From Eledone cirrhosa (Eukaryota): a DNA stretch of 41,037 nt. The position numbers and the translations under genes are program-made. Location: NCBI GenBank assembly GCA_964016885.1, contig CAXHJY010001435.1:1-41037 (forward strand), written 5' to 3'. This document shows positions 16,201 to 30,262 of this stretch, piece after piece. The notes below the pieces were generated by a model. That model was not told the origin of the DNA. It made no database searches and worked only from the letters and a program-made list of their open reading frames with translations. How positions within the stretch are numbered: the stretch's first letter is position 1; each line of letters opens with the position of its first letter.

Positions 16201-18153
16201 CTGTATATTTCTTTTTCAGTTCCACACACACACACACAATCTATATATCTATCTATCCTTCTCTCAGAGAAATTTACTATATTCAGACATGGAGAGGAGA
16301 TGGGCACTGCTAGGTTTTATGCTTTAAGAAACACTGTATATCAATATGGCACCTCTATGACTGCCTTACAAGTTACAGGACCATGCATACATGCATGCAA
16401 TGGAAACTATATGGTTGCTATTGATGCAGGCAGGGCTATATGGTTAAGAGGTACCCTTTGTAATCACAAACTTCTTGAGTAGACAAACTGCATGGAAGCC
16501 CATGGAAGTCCAACCATGCCACACTGATCCAGCTTAGGAATTATATTATACATATTTCTGTGGAATATATCTATGTACATATGGACTAATAATTCTTGAT
16601 GGAGCTGTAGGGGCAACATTATGATATATGGCATGCCTTTAGGAACATTAAAATTGGTGGAGCCTATCCACTCTACATATCTGAACACAGATAGTCTCTT
16701 TCAGAGAGAGAGGAAGTGAGAAAGAATCAACTTTGGAATAAGGAAAAGCAAAGTCGACCTCAGCAGGATTTGAGCACAAAGAACTGGCTTGACAATTGCA
16801 AGCCCTTCTATCTTTTGCCAACTATAGAATACATAATTCACCTTTCAGTTTTAGAGAGATTTTTCCAACAAGCTATTTGGTATTGATATTAAGTCAACTT
16901 GCTGTAATATTATGATAGTGACATAGGTCATTGTAACAAGAGTCCCTGTCAAGTTTTCTCATGTAGATGGAGCTCAATTAAAAAAGTTTCCTTATCCAAT
17001 AGACCCATCCTCTACCATTAAAAATACCATAAACATCTCCCACCCTTGACATTTTTACTTTAGCTACAATCTTACCTGTGTAGTGATTGAATTACCAGGT
17101 AAAAACAATACATTTAATCCTATCTCACTCATTACCCAGAGTATAAAAGGAAATCAAATCAGTAAAACTACTACTGTCAGGTCAAAGAGACAATTTTTGT
17201 TGTTGTTGATATGAGGCATATAAGATCAATCTCAGAATTGTTGGAAGTGTACTTTAAGCAAATAACCTTTGGTGGTGACTTTGACAAGCTCTATAGGCTT
17301 GTCATGGAATTTGTAAAAAATCAACTGAAATGAGAAAAGGCAAAGCTAGCCCTGGCAAGATTAGAATTTGGAGTGCAGAGAGCAGGAACAAATGCCACAT
17401 GTGTATCACTAACAAGCATATTTATTAGGCCCATGTAATTCATTTCCTACACACATACACGGGACTCATTTTTATTTGTGTGTGCATGTTCATGAATTTG
17501 TATATGCATAAATAAAGAAATGCACTAACACAGACAAGCATTTTTCAGTGTTCATCATGCAATACAATCTTAATTTAGTCAATGTTTGCAATGAAATAAA
17601 ACATTTTTGTCTTAAAGATGGCTTCATAAGCATTTCAAGTTATTACAGCTCATACCTTGCAGGTTTAAACTGGCCTCCTAAGTTGTATATCACAGGACGT
17701 TTCTTTGGTGCTTTAATGATAGGGGTCCAAGCCATATCATGTCACAATTTTTACCAGTGACATGAAGCAGGATTTGAACTCAGAATGCACAGGACCAAAA
17801 CAAATACCACAAAGCACCCCATCAGACACTAACAATTCCCACCATCCCCTGCTTCTGGAGTGGTACTTTTATTTAATGACTGAAAAAATGAAAGCAAAGT
17901 TGACCTTCACGTGTTTTGAACTTGGATCACAGAGGGTCAGGAAAAATACTGCATGTAATAAAATCTGATACTTTAATGACAGCTAATTCACCATTTTGTA
18001 TGTATCTAAATCTATAGAAAAACAAACACACATTTTTGTGTTCTCCCCATAGCAGACTGTTTGCAATAAAATAAAACATTTTTTATTAACAAAGACAGTT
18101 TCATAAGCATTCTAAGTGATAAAAGTTCTATTACTATATTGTGTAATTATTAT

Positions 18154-18832
18154 GCATAAATGAACTAAGTGAGAAATTAAGAATAAGAGAGATCAGATGC
18201 TGTTTACTCGAGAGAAGACTACGTTGGCATGGTCACGTGATGCGCATGAAAGATGACAGCTGTATAAAAAAGTGCAGGGCAATCAAAATAGACGGTAGCT
18301 ACGGAGTAGGCAGACCCAGAAAAACCTGGGACGACTTGATAAAATCCGACCTCACACACTTACACCTCTCCAAGACAATGTCACTGGACCGAGATCTTTG
18401 GCGCTACGTAGTAATACAGAAGACCAGCCGTGCCTAAGTACAAAGTGAAACCTACAGTCAGTAGGCACCTCTTAACCAAAATACATCCCCCGTCCCACTA
18501 CCCCCACCGCCATCTACACCACCCCTTTCGATGTAAAGCTATATTGGTACCACAACATCCAGTCCTAAATAAATAAGCTCATGTAGGTGTCACGACAAAA
18601 AACACACACAGTCCACACTGTAATGTGGCCGTGTAAGTAACACGGTAAAAACCTCCCAGTTCCACACTGTTTACAGTGGTTGGTGTTAGGAAGGGCATCC
18701 AGCCGTAGAAAACCCGCCAGACAGTCCTGAGCAAGACAACCAATCTTGCCTCAAGTGGGACAATTCCCGTCCAGACCCATGCTAGCATGGAAGATGGACG
18801 TTAAACGATGATGATGATGATGATGATGATGA
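18154..18832 (+). mobile_element. RTE-clade LINE 3' fragment (copy 2) with (GAT)n tail
   Basis: Same family as 1279-2113: MRMKDDSCIKKCRAIKIDGSYGVGRPRKTWDD; tail gatgatgat. Confidence 0.92.
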
Positions 18833-19664
18833 TTATGGCATGAACTAAGAATGAATAATTATATCGCAAGAAGATCAAAAAGTCAAGCTAGTACCTACTA
18901 ACACTCTAGGAAAAGTACATTTTGAGAATGGGCGTGAGTATAATTTCAAATACTGGTAACATTGCAACCTAATGAGGGTTTCAGGGATGTAACAGCAAGG
19001 GAGTCAGTATTTCTTCCTCTTTCTTCTGCAGCACTTAAGGGATTGTGAGAGCTATGTCGCATGGGAGAGAGAGAGAAATGGACAGATGGAAAGAGGGGAA
19101 GGTGAGGAAGAAAGATTCCTTAGAGAATAAAATTGAAATATAAAACACTCATGGACCAAGAGTAATAAAGGAGGTGAAAGAGAAAGAGAGGATGAGGAAA
19201 ATATGGGAGAAAGAGTGTCAATACTTTATATTCTAAATATAGGTCTTCCATTCTTGGATTTGAAAAACAAAAGTGTGAACAGGGTGGCAGGAAGAAGGAG
19301 AAAAAGGAGAATTTGAAAATTCAAGTTATAGCTAGCTACAGCATCTCCCCTACCTTTTCATTCATAAACGAGGTGATGGGGGATGAGGGAAAATAGGAAA
19401 ATGTAATGATCTCCCTCTAAGATGCATCAAACAAAAGACTTGCAGTTTTTCTATTTCTTAAAGTTCTGCCTCTTCACCTCCTCCTTCATCAAGCACACTC
19501 TCCCACCAAACAGTTAAAATATTGTAATGTAGTTGGAGAGAGAGAAAGAAACAGGTTAGTGATGCAGCATGTTTAGAAACCAATAATGGTTTGTTTTCCA
19601 AAAAAAAAGAAACCGTTAATACAAAAGTCAACAAAGGATCCGTATACGGAGTTGACTGCCACAC

Positions 19665-20290
19665 AGGAAATAGTAGCCAAATCACACACAACTAACTTGA
19701 AAAATGGAAGGAAACAGTGGACTTATAGATACATTATGCCAAGAAAATAAAAATGATAGGATGGTTGGACTGACCTGAGACTGAACTATAATACACAAAA
19801 CAAGGGATTCCTATGTGCAAGAAATAGCAACCAAATCTCCCACAAATCACACTTAGTTGAATTGAGAAAATGAATAACATTAGATTATGTAGTCTTGGAT
19901 ATGTTAAATCAAGAAAATAATGATAGGATGGTCAGAATGACCTGGAATTGAATAATAACTCACTAAACGAGGAATTCCCTGTGTTAGAAATAACTACCAA
20001 ATCTCCCACAAATCACACCCTGGCATATTGAGAAAATGAAGGACACATTAAGATTAGAGAACTAAAATGACGGGATGGTCAGGCTGATCTGAGACTTAAA
20101 AATAAATCATGAAAGGATTGGTATACTAAAAATAACCAAATCTCCAAGTCATACCCTAGCATCTTGAAAAAAAAATGAGAAGTAAACAGGTAATGTAGTC
20201 GTGGTTAGAATGTCTGATAGAGGCTGGTCCAGGGTTATAGAATGACAGGATGGTAGGAATGAGTCCAATACTAAATGATAATGAACAAAA
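19665..20290 (+). repeat. Decayed tandem run of a ~140-165 bp dispersed-repeat monomer
   Basis: aaatagcaaccaaatctcccacaaatcacac-like starts at ~19668, 19822, 19988 and 20130. Solitary copies near 20550, 22130, 23376, 27155, 28470, 28968 and 29127. Confidence 0.7.
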
Positions 20291-22664
20291 CAAAGGGCAT
20301 TAGAAATAATAATTTCTAATTTAGGCACAAGGCCAGTAATTTGGGAGAAGGGAAACTTGATTAAAACAACTCCAATATTTTACTGGCACTTTATTGACCT
20401 CAGAAGGATAAAGGCAAAGTTGGCCTTGGAGAGATTTGAACTCAGAATGTAAAGATCTGGAACAAATACTTCTAAATATTTGTTCAGTGCTCTAAAAACT
20501 GCCAATCTACAGTGCCAGTTTTTTATTTCTAACACAAAGCTAAAAAAACTAGTAACTGAATCTCCTCCAAAACACATTCTAAAAAAGGAAAAGAAACATA
20601 CAATAATGTAGTCCTAGATATGCTATGTATGGTTATGGATGGAACGCCTTTGATCATAAATCTGCTGGATTAGGTTTGAACAAGGACTAAACAATGGCAA
20701 TGGTTGAGCTGACCTGGGCTGAAGAAGAACAACAAAACAAGTTCTGCTTGTGCTTGAAATAATAAACCAAACATCCTTACAAATTGTACTTACACCTTTT
20801 AAAATCCTTTCTTTACCTTATTTCTAATGAAAGTCACTATGATTTTCAAGTAATCAAGAATTTGGAGGATTCTGGTAATATAGTTAACTTTCTCATTACT
20901 ATGTTGCTTGAAGGTTCTTACTTAAAATTATAATGATTATAAACACTTTGAAATAAACATCTTTGTATCATAGAAGCAGGAGCAATTTCAGGCAGTTTGG
21001 TATCAAGGTGGTTTTAAAAAGAGGAGTGGATGATGTAGTAGTCCCAGGTGCATGATACATCTGCAGGATCAGGTCTGGCAAGTGGCTAAAAAAATAGTGA
21101 ATTTATAACACGCTCAAGTGTTGTGAGGGGGAGATGAAGCATGTTCTTTGAGGAGGGTCCTTTTTTCTTCTTTTTTTTTTTGAAGAAACCAAATATATAT
21201 TGTAGAAAGTTTGTTTACTGCAGCTGAAGTTGGGTATAGCATGTATAGGTAGGTAGGTTTAAAGTTGTGAGGTAAACAACCATCCGACCATTTGGGGAAG
21301 AGAGAGCGAGAAAGGAGGGAGATAATGATGTAGTTTGTTTAGTGTTGTTATTCAAGTTTTTTTTTTCTTTTATGGGTCTCCCCTCTTTCAGCTTTGAAAG
21401 GGGCTGACTTAATTTAGGGCAGAGGTGAAGATAACGGAGGAAGTAAGAAAGACAATGGGGAAGTAGGAGAGGGAGAAATGTGAAGAGAAAGAGTTGAGAC
21501 AATGATCATGATGATGTAAGGAGCCTCGTGGATATTATTTTGTCTTATTATTAAAAAAAAAAGTAGAAATAATTATTTGGTAGAATCAGCAGAGCATCGG
21601 ACACCATGCTTTGCAGCATATAGTTACATCCCTTTACATTCTGAGTTCAAATCCAAGGTTAGCTTTGCTTTTCATCTTTCTGGGGTTAATAAAACAAAGT
21701 ACCATTTGAGTACTGGGATCAATATAATCAACTTTCCCATCTCCATAATTGCTGGCCTTGGGCCTAGATGAGAAACCATTATTATTGTTCATCTTGAAGA
21801 ATGCTAGTGGGTGAGGTAGTAGTGTGTGCATGTGTGTAAGTTTAAGAACAACGAGTTTATTCTGATTAGAAATTACGTAGAAAGTGGTGTAGGAAGCAGA
21901 GAGAGAGAGCAAGATAATGAGAGAGGTGTGTGGATTCGTCAGATATTTCCATAGGAAGAAAGAAAGAACAATACTCCATTATACTATATTCCTTCACTAT
22001 CATTACTTTTTGTTCAGTATGCTCGACTCAGTTTCAGTTCTTGCCATTTCATTTTATTGAGGTTGTCACTATTGACGAACAAAACATGGCAAAAGATACG
22101 GGAGCTTCTACCTAATTGCCTGAACTGTTAGAAACAGCAGTCAAATCTCTTCAAATCACACCTTACAGCTTTGAAATCCTAAAATGATTAACTAGTCCGT
22201 TAATAGTGAGTGCTTGGTTTCAATGCTACATACACAGAGTGTGGCTTTGAGACAACAAAAAACTTAAAATACCAGCAGTTCATTAATCAAACCAGCTACT
22301 TTTATAGTAGTAGTGGGTTTATAAGCAATGTCTCTGTGGACAATTAAAGTGATGAAATTCCAATATAAGATTTAAATGAGTGACTGCTCTCTCGTTTTCT
22401 GTCCAAGATAAAGATAAGGTGTTTACATCTGTCTACACATCAAGCATTGGCTAAAACCTATACGTAGATATATACTGTATGATAGTATAGATTCATCATA
22501 TCTAAAAAACAAAATGAAGTGATCACAATTGGAATGCTTTTTATCAAAAATACTTCTCGAACTGAGCTAACCTAGGTCTAAACAACAATAACAACCAAGC
22601 ATCGTTGCCTTCTCATCCCACTACAACCATTGGCATCCCCACTGAATACTAAGAAGGCCCCTCC

Positions 22665-23310
22665 CATATAACGTCACACCGACCTATTTTGGACCTACAA
22701 ACTGCACCTCGAGTCATTACATGCAAAGGTGTCTGCGAGGAACAACCTTCTACACCCCTTGGCAGGTTCATCATGGGGTGCTAGCCCATCCACATGTGTT
22801 CCCAGACATTGCTCCTGCATCCTTTCATAGAAAGCATCACACACATAAGTTGGTAATCAAGGCCTCTATAAACCCAAATCACTCGCTCGACAACATGGCT
22901 GAGGATTCTCAACTACAAGGTCAATAACGCTTGATGTCACGCTGCCCTTTCAACACATGGCAAAGCTGCAAGATTCAAATTTCGACATGCTTTAGATATC
23001 AGCACCTACTCAACTGAACATCAACCAAAATGTGTCCACCCCATCCATCAAGCTCTAACTTCCATCAGGAGTGTGAGTCCCTGAATTGGCTACGCACAGG
23101 TGTTGGCTGATTCAATGCAGCCATGCACCACTAGAGGGGCGCTTCGTCAAACAGCAGCTTGCCAGAGCATACTGTTCAACATATACTGAGTGTTTGGATC
23201 TCAACCTACCTGAAAATACAGACCTCACACACACTAATCCCACCACCATGAGCTGGTTACAACGCCTGAGAGACATCACATAATTGTAGCTGTTTCATAT
23301 GCAAAAAGAA
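22665..23310 (+). mobile_element. Degenerate Ingi/Vingi-like LINE 3' fragment
   Basis: From 22693: TYKLHLESLHAKVSARNNLLHPLAGSSWGASPST. Later IAPASFHR and C-terminal TECLDLNLPENTDLTHTNPTTMSWLQRL*, then a short 3' end catatgcaaaaagaa. Confidence 0.7.
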
Positions 23311-23396
23311 TTGCCACCCAATCTCACAAATCGGGTTGTAATGAACTAACAAGGGATCGAGCCATTACGACCTGTTAGAAACAGTAGCCAAATTTA

Positions 23397-23540
23397 CCAT
23401 ATTTCCCGGCATCGAAGACGCTACATTTTTCCTAGAATAAGTCTCAAATATCTACCATGCAACCTAGAGGTTGTTTATTATTTTTTTTCAAAATTAGGGT
23501 GCATCCTTGAGGACAAAGTGTCTTCGGCACCGGAATACGG
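23397..23540. mobile_element. Tc1/mariner(pogo)-type MITE with TA target duplication
   Basis: ta|ccatatttcccggcatcgaagacgc ... gtgtcttcggcaccggaatacgg|ta imperfect TIRs; it interrupts a copy of the tagaaa.agcagccaaat repeat. Confidence 0.65.
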
Positions 23541-23555
23541 TACCTGGAATTACAC

Positions 23556-23962
23556 TCATCATCATCACCGTTTTACGTCCGTTCTTCCACGCTAGCATGG
23601 GTTAGACGGGTTGTCCTGTTGTGGGCAGTAGTCGGTCGGCTGACCATGTCTTGATCATATGGGAACTGATTCTGGCTTGATTTCTACAGCTGGATGCCCT
23701 TCCTAACACCAACCTCATTTACAGTGAGTGCTGGGTGCTTTTTTCCGTGGCACCTACACATCCACTTTACAGTGTGGGCTGGGTGCTTTTTTGCTGTGCC
23801 ATTCATCTATTCCTAGTTTTCTAAGAGCCCACCAGATTATAGCACGGGGAACTCTGTCAAAGGCTTTCTCGAGATCGACGAATGCCAGGTAGAGCAGCTT
23901 ACTTTTGCTAGGTACTTTTGCCTTACAAGGAAGAGGGCATCAGTGGTGCCTTTTCCTGGCAC
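23556..23962 (-). mobile_element. RTE remnant: RT fragment joined to the RTE-type 3' tail
   Basis: Minus strand VPGKGTTDALFLVRQ / KYLAKSKLLYLAFVDLEKAFDRVPRAIIWWALRKLG; 3' end ggacgtaaaacggtgatgatgatga. Confidence 0.8.
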
Positions 23963-24769
23963 ATCATCTTATATCAGGTTGGGTACATAGTACAATGTAG
24001 CTAGCCTTCACATATACAAAAACTGAGAATGGCCACGACTAGAAGAGGTTTTTTTTTAGTTATAGGCTACATAGCAAAATAGATAAACATGCTTTTTAAG
24101 TTTATTTTACCAGTAAATCCTGAAGGGATGCAACTCTGGCCGGGGGGTCTCGGAAGTTTATTTTACCACTACATAGTTATTATCATTATTATTATTATTG
24201 CCAGTAAGTACCAGTAATGCACTGGGTAATTGCTGGCCTTGTGCCTAAAGTAGAAACAATTATTATTATTATTGCAGAAAATACACAACCTCCCTTATGT
24301 GAATTTTCACAATAATAGTGTTTTAGAACCTAGGTAGTGACTACTATCTTTAACCCAGGTCGTGACTTTCTGCTAAAATTCTTAAGCCATGGAACTCAGT
24401 AGATATGTGTGTATGTAACTAAAGCGTAATGTACGTTACAAATGTACAAAAATACAAGCAGAATTATAAGATGATGACAAAATAATTTAAACTTGTTTTT
24501 TTAACAATTGAAGGTGGAAAAGATTTCAAATTGTCTTAACTCGGGCCGCAACTCATGTTGTCTGACATTCACTAAATACCCTGGGTGTCTATTTTACTGA
24601 GATCGGCTACATAGCCTCTTCCTTTTTTTTTAAAATCATAGGTCTCACTCAATCAAGGCTGACCTAAACACCAACAACCACATGAGTTGGGGTTAAGACA
24701 AAATCAGGAATTGTTTAACTGAGTTCAAATCCCACTAGGGGTTTGCCCAATCTTGTATCTCTTACTGGG

Positions 24770-25500
24770 TTTCGTGGCCAACATTGGTGGCCTACTCAGC
24801 CTGGACGAACTTCGTGTCTCTATCGCCCTTAGAGTGGGAGCTGACGTCTGCATGGGTTTAAGGTGCCGATGTGGCAAACTCCTCGACTCCACCGTCTTTC
24901 TTGCCGCCTGAATACAGGCCGCTTCGCACGTCACACGGAGCTAAACCTCATTCTCAAGAGAGCTTTGGCCCAGGCGAACATCCCCTCAATCTTAGAACCA
25001 TCTGGGTTGTCTAGAAGTGACGGCAAAAGACCTGACGGCTTTACCCTGGTTGAGAGGCAGGTGCCTTGTCTGGGATGTCACTGTTAGTTACTCTTTTGCT
25101 TCTTCCCACATCCTGGATGCTGCGGTTAGGACAAAAACAACAGCTTCCACAGCCGAGCGGAGTAAGACCCTCAAATACTGTGATCTGTCGGCCAGCTACA
25201 TTTTTCAGCTTGTGGTTTTCGAGACGTTTGGGGGAGTCGGGCCGCTGACTGCAAGGTTCCTCTCTTCGCTGGCGGCTCACCTAATAGAGGTAACTGGCGA
25301 ATCTCACGAGGCCGCTTGATTGTTCCAGCGCATTAGCCGCGCCATCACCTGAGGCAACGCTGCGAGTATGCTGGCTTGCCTCAAAAATCATTAGAGAGGT
25401 TGCCCGGTACTCCTCGCGACGTTGCTGTCTTTTGCTCTGGTGTTGGCTCAGTTGTTCACCCCTTCCTTTACGTTTTCTTTAATATTGTAACATTAAAAGA
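24770..25500 (+). mobile_element. CRE-like non-LTR retrotransposon 3' fragment (zinc knuckle plus restriction-like endonuclease), frameshifted
   Basis: [20 protein letters not shown] / [32 protein letters not shown] / [41 protein letters not shown]. Confidence 0.82.
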
Positions 25501-28500
25501 ATATATCCTTCTGAAAGAATCGCGAGCAATTTATATTATCTAAGCATTTGTAATATCATTTATGTATATATTTAAAACATATTTGTTACGTTATTCTACT
25601 GTAAATTTATTTATAGGCTTTGTATAATAAATAAGAAGCTTGTAATTACTGAGATGGGCAGTGAGGGTGACCCTTGTGGTAAAGTTAGAAATTATTTTCA
25701 TCCAATTAGGGTTGATAAAATAGCAGCCACGTATTTTGGTTGCCGTTGAACACTAGGTCACTCCTGATTAAACAGATATATGACCAAAAGCGTTTCAGTC
25801 GTGACCACACGTCTTATTTCCACCCATTTCCCCTGAATCGAACAGCACATTGTTCAATGCCATTTACTTTTTTACAAGTAGACAGAAAGTGTAGAAGCCA
25901 GTCTGATTGACTGTATCTCAACTATTATGTTATGGGAAACGTGTGTCTGTAGAGTCGTCGGCAATACACTTTCTAATACCAAGTCTGTAATTCAACCTTG
26001 TATATATTGTCTTACACTGATTCCACTTGAGAATATTCCATGTCTGTGGAATACTCAGCTATTTACAAGTTAATTTAACGAGTCAGATTTGTTGGTTGGT
26101 CCAACAAATTGAATACTCACCGTTGAAACCGACGAAGAATCTATCGCGTGCGCGAGTGTACAGAAGATTCGATTTTTAACACATACAGCAAGATCAGTCT
26201 GGCGCCTATTTTAACAGGCGCCTGGCTGATACTGTGGCGGGTGCAAGTAATAGATAGACTGACTTACAAAGAGTGGTGTGAAGGGGTTTATAATGGCACA
26301 TGGATCAGGGATAAAATAAAGAATAGAGGGTAAAATATAGATAAGAGTAGAGGGTAAAATATAGATAAAATGTGAGTGTGCGCGGTGGTAGTACAACACT
26401 TATACTGAATATACAGACAGATCAATCAATGCATAACAAGAAAACAGTCTGGTATATTTCTCTCTCTCGTTTTTACTCTATCATCATTGTTTTCAATAAA
26501 ATCACCACCATAATTACCACTACCACAGTCAACCGCTATAGCATCGTAAGTTGTCGTCATGTTAAGACACGGAGAGTGAATGTTGAAACTATTAACGTGC
26601 GCATGTGCATGCGTGTATGTAAATACGCACGTGTACATGTATGTGTGTGCTTGTATTCCATTCGTTGACACACATACAATACACATAAAAAGCGAACGGT
26701 GGATATGCAGGGAATAGCAACCAAATCTCCAACAAATTAAAGGTTACATTAGAAGTGAACACACACGATACACGCATGCACTTCTAATATACATACATAC
26801 CACACACTTACATCAAGTACCCGGATATTTATCCCAGATAAGCTCTCGATCAAGCTCAGCTATGACTAGCCATGACCAGTCAGTCTTTTTTTAAGACGGC
26901 AGGATGTGGTTTGATGGAAATTTGCTTTGTATTTCTAGCAGATCGAGTGACCATGCAAGTTTCCATCATTGGCTCCTACCATCGGATAAATGGCAAGACA
27001 GACTACCCAGTATATGTCCAGTTGAGTATGTGAAGTACTGTAGAATCAGACAATCAAATGTTTGGGATCAAGACAGCCAGAAAAAAAATATTACACAGAC
27101 CACACATTAGCACAACTACCATTGGTGGAGCCTCTGTGTTGTTACTCGATCTGGTAGAAATAGCAACCAAATCTCCCTTAAATTACATTATCACTACCAT
27201 TGACGAAGTCTGATTGGTCGTTTGACCTGTCAGAAATAGCAGCCAAAGTTCACCAGCACCGTTTTTTTTTAAATAGGAAAGTCATGTTTTTTTGTATGGA
27301 GACGGTTATAACGTATTTGACATTTCCTAAGTCTGCTTGATGAGGGCTGACTTGGTGTTAAACACCAACTACTATTACTGTCACTACAACAACTTCAGAC
27401 AATACCACCACTCTCATCGCTATCAACAGTACCACTACTTTAATCATTACTGTCACCTCCATCACCACACTAATCATGACCGTTACCACTACCATCAACA
27501 GTCATTTCATTTCTGTATAAATAGTCTATACGGAAACGAGGTTAGACAAACAACAACACTGATAGCCTTTCCGTCTATAATTTTAACCACTCCCTACCAC
27601 TATGACTGAAATCTAATTGAATCCATTCCATCTACATACACAGCTACCATCCTTCAACGCTAAAACGACGATGAAGATAAAAGGAGAGAATGCTTGACAG
27701 AGATGTTCATAATATTTACTTTTTTTACTTTTTGAGAAAGAGAGAGGTAGGCCATAATTTTAGGCATGTGTATGTCTGAGTTTAGTGTGTGCGTTTATGA
27801 GTGATGTCAGTGTGTTTAATCCTAGTCAAGCCCACTTATCTCAATGATTAAAAATGTTCCAGCCGTAACAACACCTTTTTCTGTCAAGGAAGGGGAGTAC
27901 ATTTACAAATGTATCTTTCCTTTCTTTACGAAAATAGATATTTGGCAGGTATTTCTAGCAGCTCGATTCGAGCGACTTCGTTGGCTCGAACGTATTAGGG
28001 TGTGTGTGTACAGAATACGGAATAAACTAGATAGAGGGGATAGATTGGGCGAGGCAGAAGTACAGAAAGAGACAGGTAGTGAAAACAGGAGAAATACTTT
28101 TCATTCTTCTGTATTTAAAACTAAATTTATATATAAACTTATCTCATTAAAATATATTTTAGTATTGAACTCACTGGGCCAATCACAAGATTTGAGATCA
28201 GAGAAATAAATCACTTTTACAATAAAATATCTGAAAATATACTTTTTCCTAGTTCGTCTTTTGTGTTAATTTCTTACAATATATCATATATACTATATAT
28301 ATACACACACACACAATATAGGTTTCCACCTGTTTACACACGCGCGCCTGGATTTCATGTTTGAATGTAAGCATTGGCTACGATATATCTACCGTGTGCG
28401 TGTCGAGTTAATGTGAATATGCGTCAGCGAGGTTTGGTATCTGTGCTGTAATCAATATGGTTACACATGCTAGAAACAGCAGTCAAATTCCCTCGAAAGT

Positions 28501-29997
28501 ACATCCTACTCTTTTTTTTTTATTTAAAAAATACACACTGGATAATGCTGTCCGAGATAAACTATGACAGAATGGTCAGAGCTAGAATGCCTTTGCTCGA
28601 GGTCTGCACAACCAAGTTTGAAACGGGGATAAACACCAACAAAAGGAAAACAGTAAAGAGAAAATTTGAATTAGATTTGAATAACGTATGGGTGGCGATG
28701 TGTCGTGGACACAGAATGGACAGCTGATGTACTTAGACCCAGAGCAATATATTGGAATCGCTGCATCAACGAAGATTTGGTCTTTGGATTTTCTTGTGCC
28801 GAACACCTATCAAATAGTCTAGTAATTCTAGAGGCCAACCAGAAGATATCAGTTGAGAGGTTACAGCTGTCTCTGAAGTAATCAGATGTAACCGAATTGA
28901 GGGCAAAAAGACAATGAACACACTCATACCAAGCATAACGAGGACACACACACACAATTTCTTACAATAGCAGCCAAATTTCACTCAAATCACACTACCT
29001 TTGAAAAGGAAAGACTGACTAGATAATATAGTCCTAGATACCTCCACTGCTCCAAAGGCAGGGATAGCCACAATTGGAATGCCTTTAATCAAAGATGACT
29101 GAGTACTAAACAAAAACGGCCAACTCTAGAAATAGCAGCGAAATCTCCCTCAAATTACATTCTAATATTTTTTTTTTAATGGCACATTGAACACGGAGGG
29201 ATGGTTGGAGAGAGTTTTTAATCAAAGATCTGGTTCGCTCAGGCTTCACCTTGAGTTAAACAAGAAATAAAAGATGCATATGATAATGTAGTCCCTATGA
29301 AAATAAGATGGTATAGACATAGTTGGAACGTCTTTGATCATGGTGTATCTTTGACTAGATCCGACTCAGGACCCAACAACAATAATAATATCTAATATAC
29401 TAAAAACAATAGAGTGCCGAACTATATAACCCCTTACAGTATCTAATTTCATCCCTCTGCTTTCTGAGATCAAATCCCAACGGCCAACTTTTCTAACATC
29501 CCTCCCAAGGACAATAACATAAGTACCAGCATTGTATAGCTCCATACTTGATTGGTACTTAGTTCTATCGATCTCCGGAATGATGAGAGGTAAAGGGACC
29601 TCGGCGGGATTTGAACTTACAACTTTAAAATCCGTAACTTTTGTCCGACACTCTTCCGATTCTGGTGACAATCTTTTTGTGATAAAGAAAGCGCTTTCAT
29701 TCTTCCGGGTCGATAAAACAAAGTAGCAATCAAGTACTGGGTTAATTCTATTGACTAACTCCTTCCTCAAAATTTCTGGCCATGCAAAAATTATAAAGGT
29801 GGTAGATTAATACAATTATTAGAATGTCACACAAAATGCCTTGCACTATTTGTACCAGCTCTATCTTCTGAGTTCAAACCTTACTGAGGTCTATTTGATT
29901 ACTTTGTTTTTATCCTTCAAGGGTTGATAAAGTCTCAGTTAAGTACTGGGGTAAATATAATTGTTCTACCCATAAATTTCTGTCATTGTGCCTATTA

Positions 29998-30262
29998 CAG
30001 CAAAAAAAAAACCCATCGAATTTAACGGGCTAATAGAGAGGGAGGTTATTTTTAATATATATATGTTTTTAAATAAACGCTTTAATACACAAGGTAAATA
30101 ATATTTATAATAAAGGATATGTTTCTTACTTCACTTTTGATGACAATGTAGTTGAGCATTTTGCCGTGATTGTAGTGACAGTACAGTATTATATTATTAG
30201 TATTTGGTCCGTTAAATCCGAAACCCCTTCAAATCGGAGTCTGTTAAACCGAGGCTTTACTA
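29998..30262. mobile_element. Possible decayed Tigger/pogo-type MITE
   Basis: Left ta-cagcaaaa..cccatcgaatttaacgg versus right ctgttaaaccgaggctttacta; the TIR match is weak. Confidence 0.35.

Noticed and set aside
27337-27609. His/Tyr-rich ORF
   Set aside because: Low-complexity CAC/TAC trinucleotide tract.
28690-28900. Possible coding exon
   Set aside because: Short frames on both strands without a recognisable domain; may be an ancient RTE remnant.
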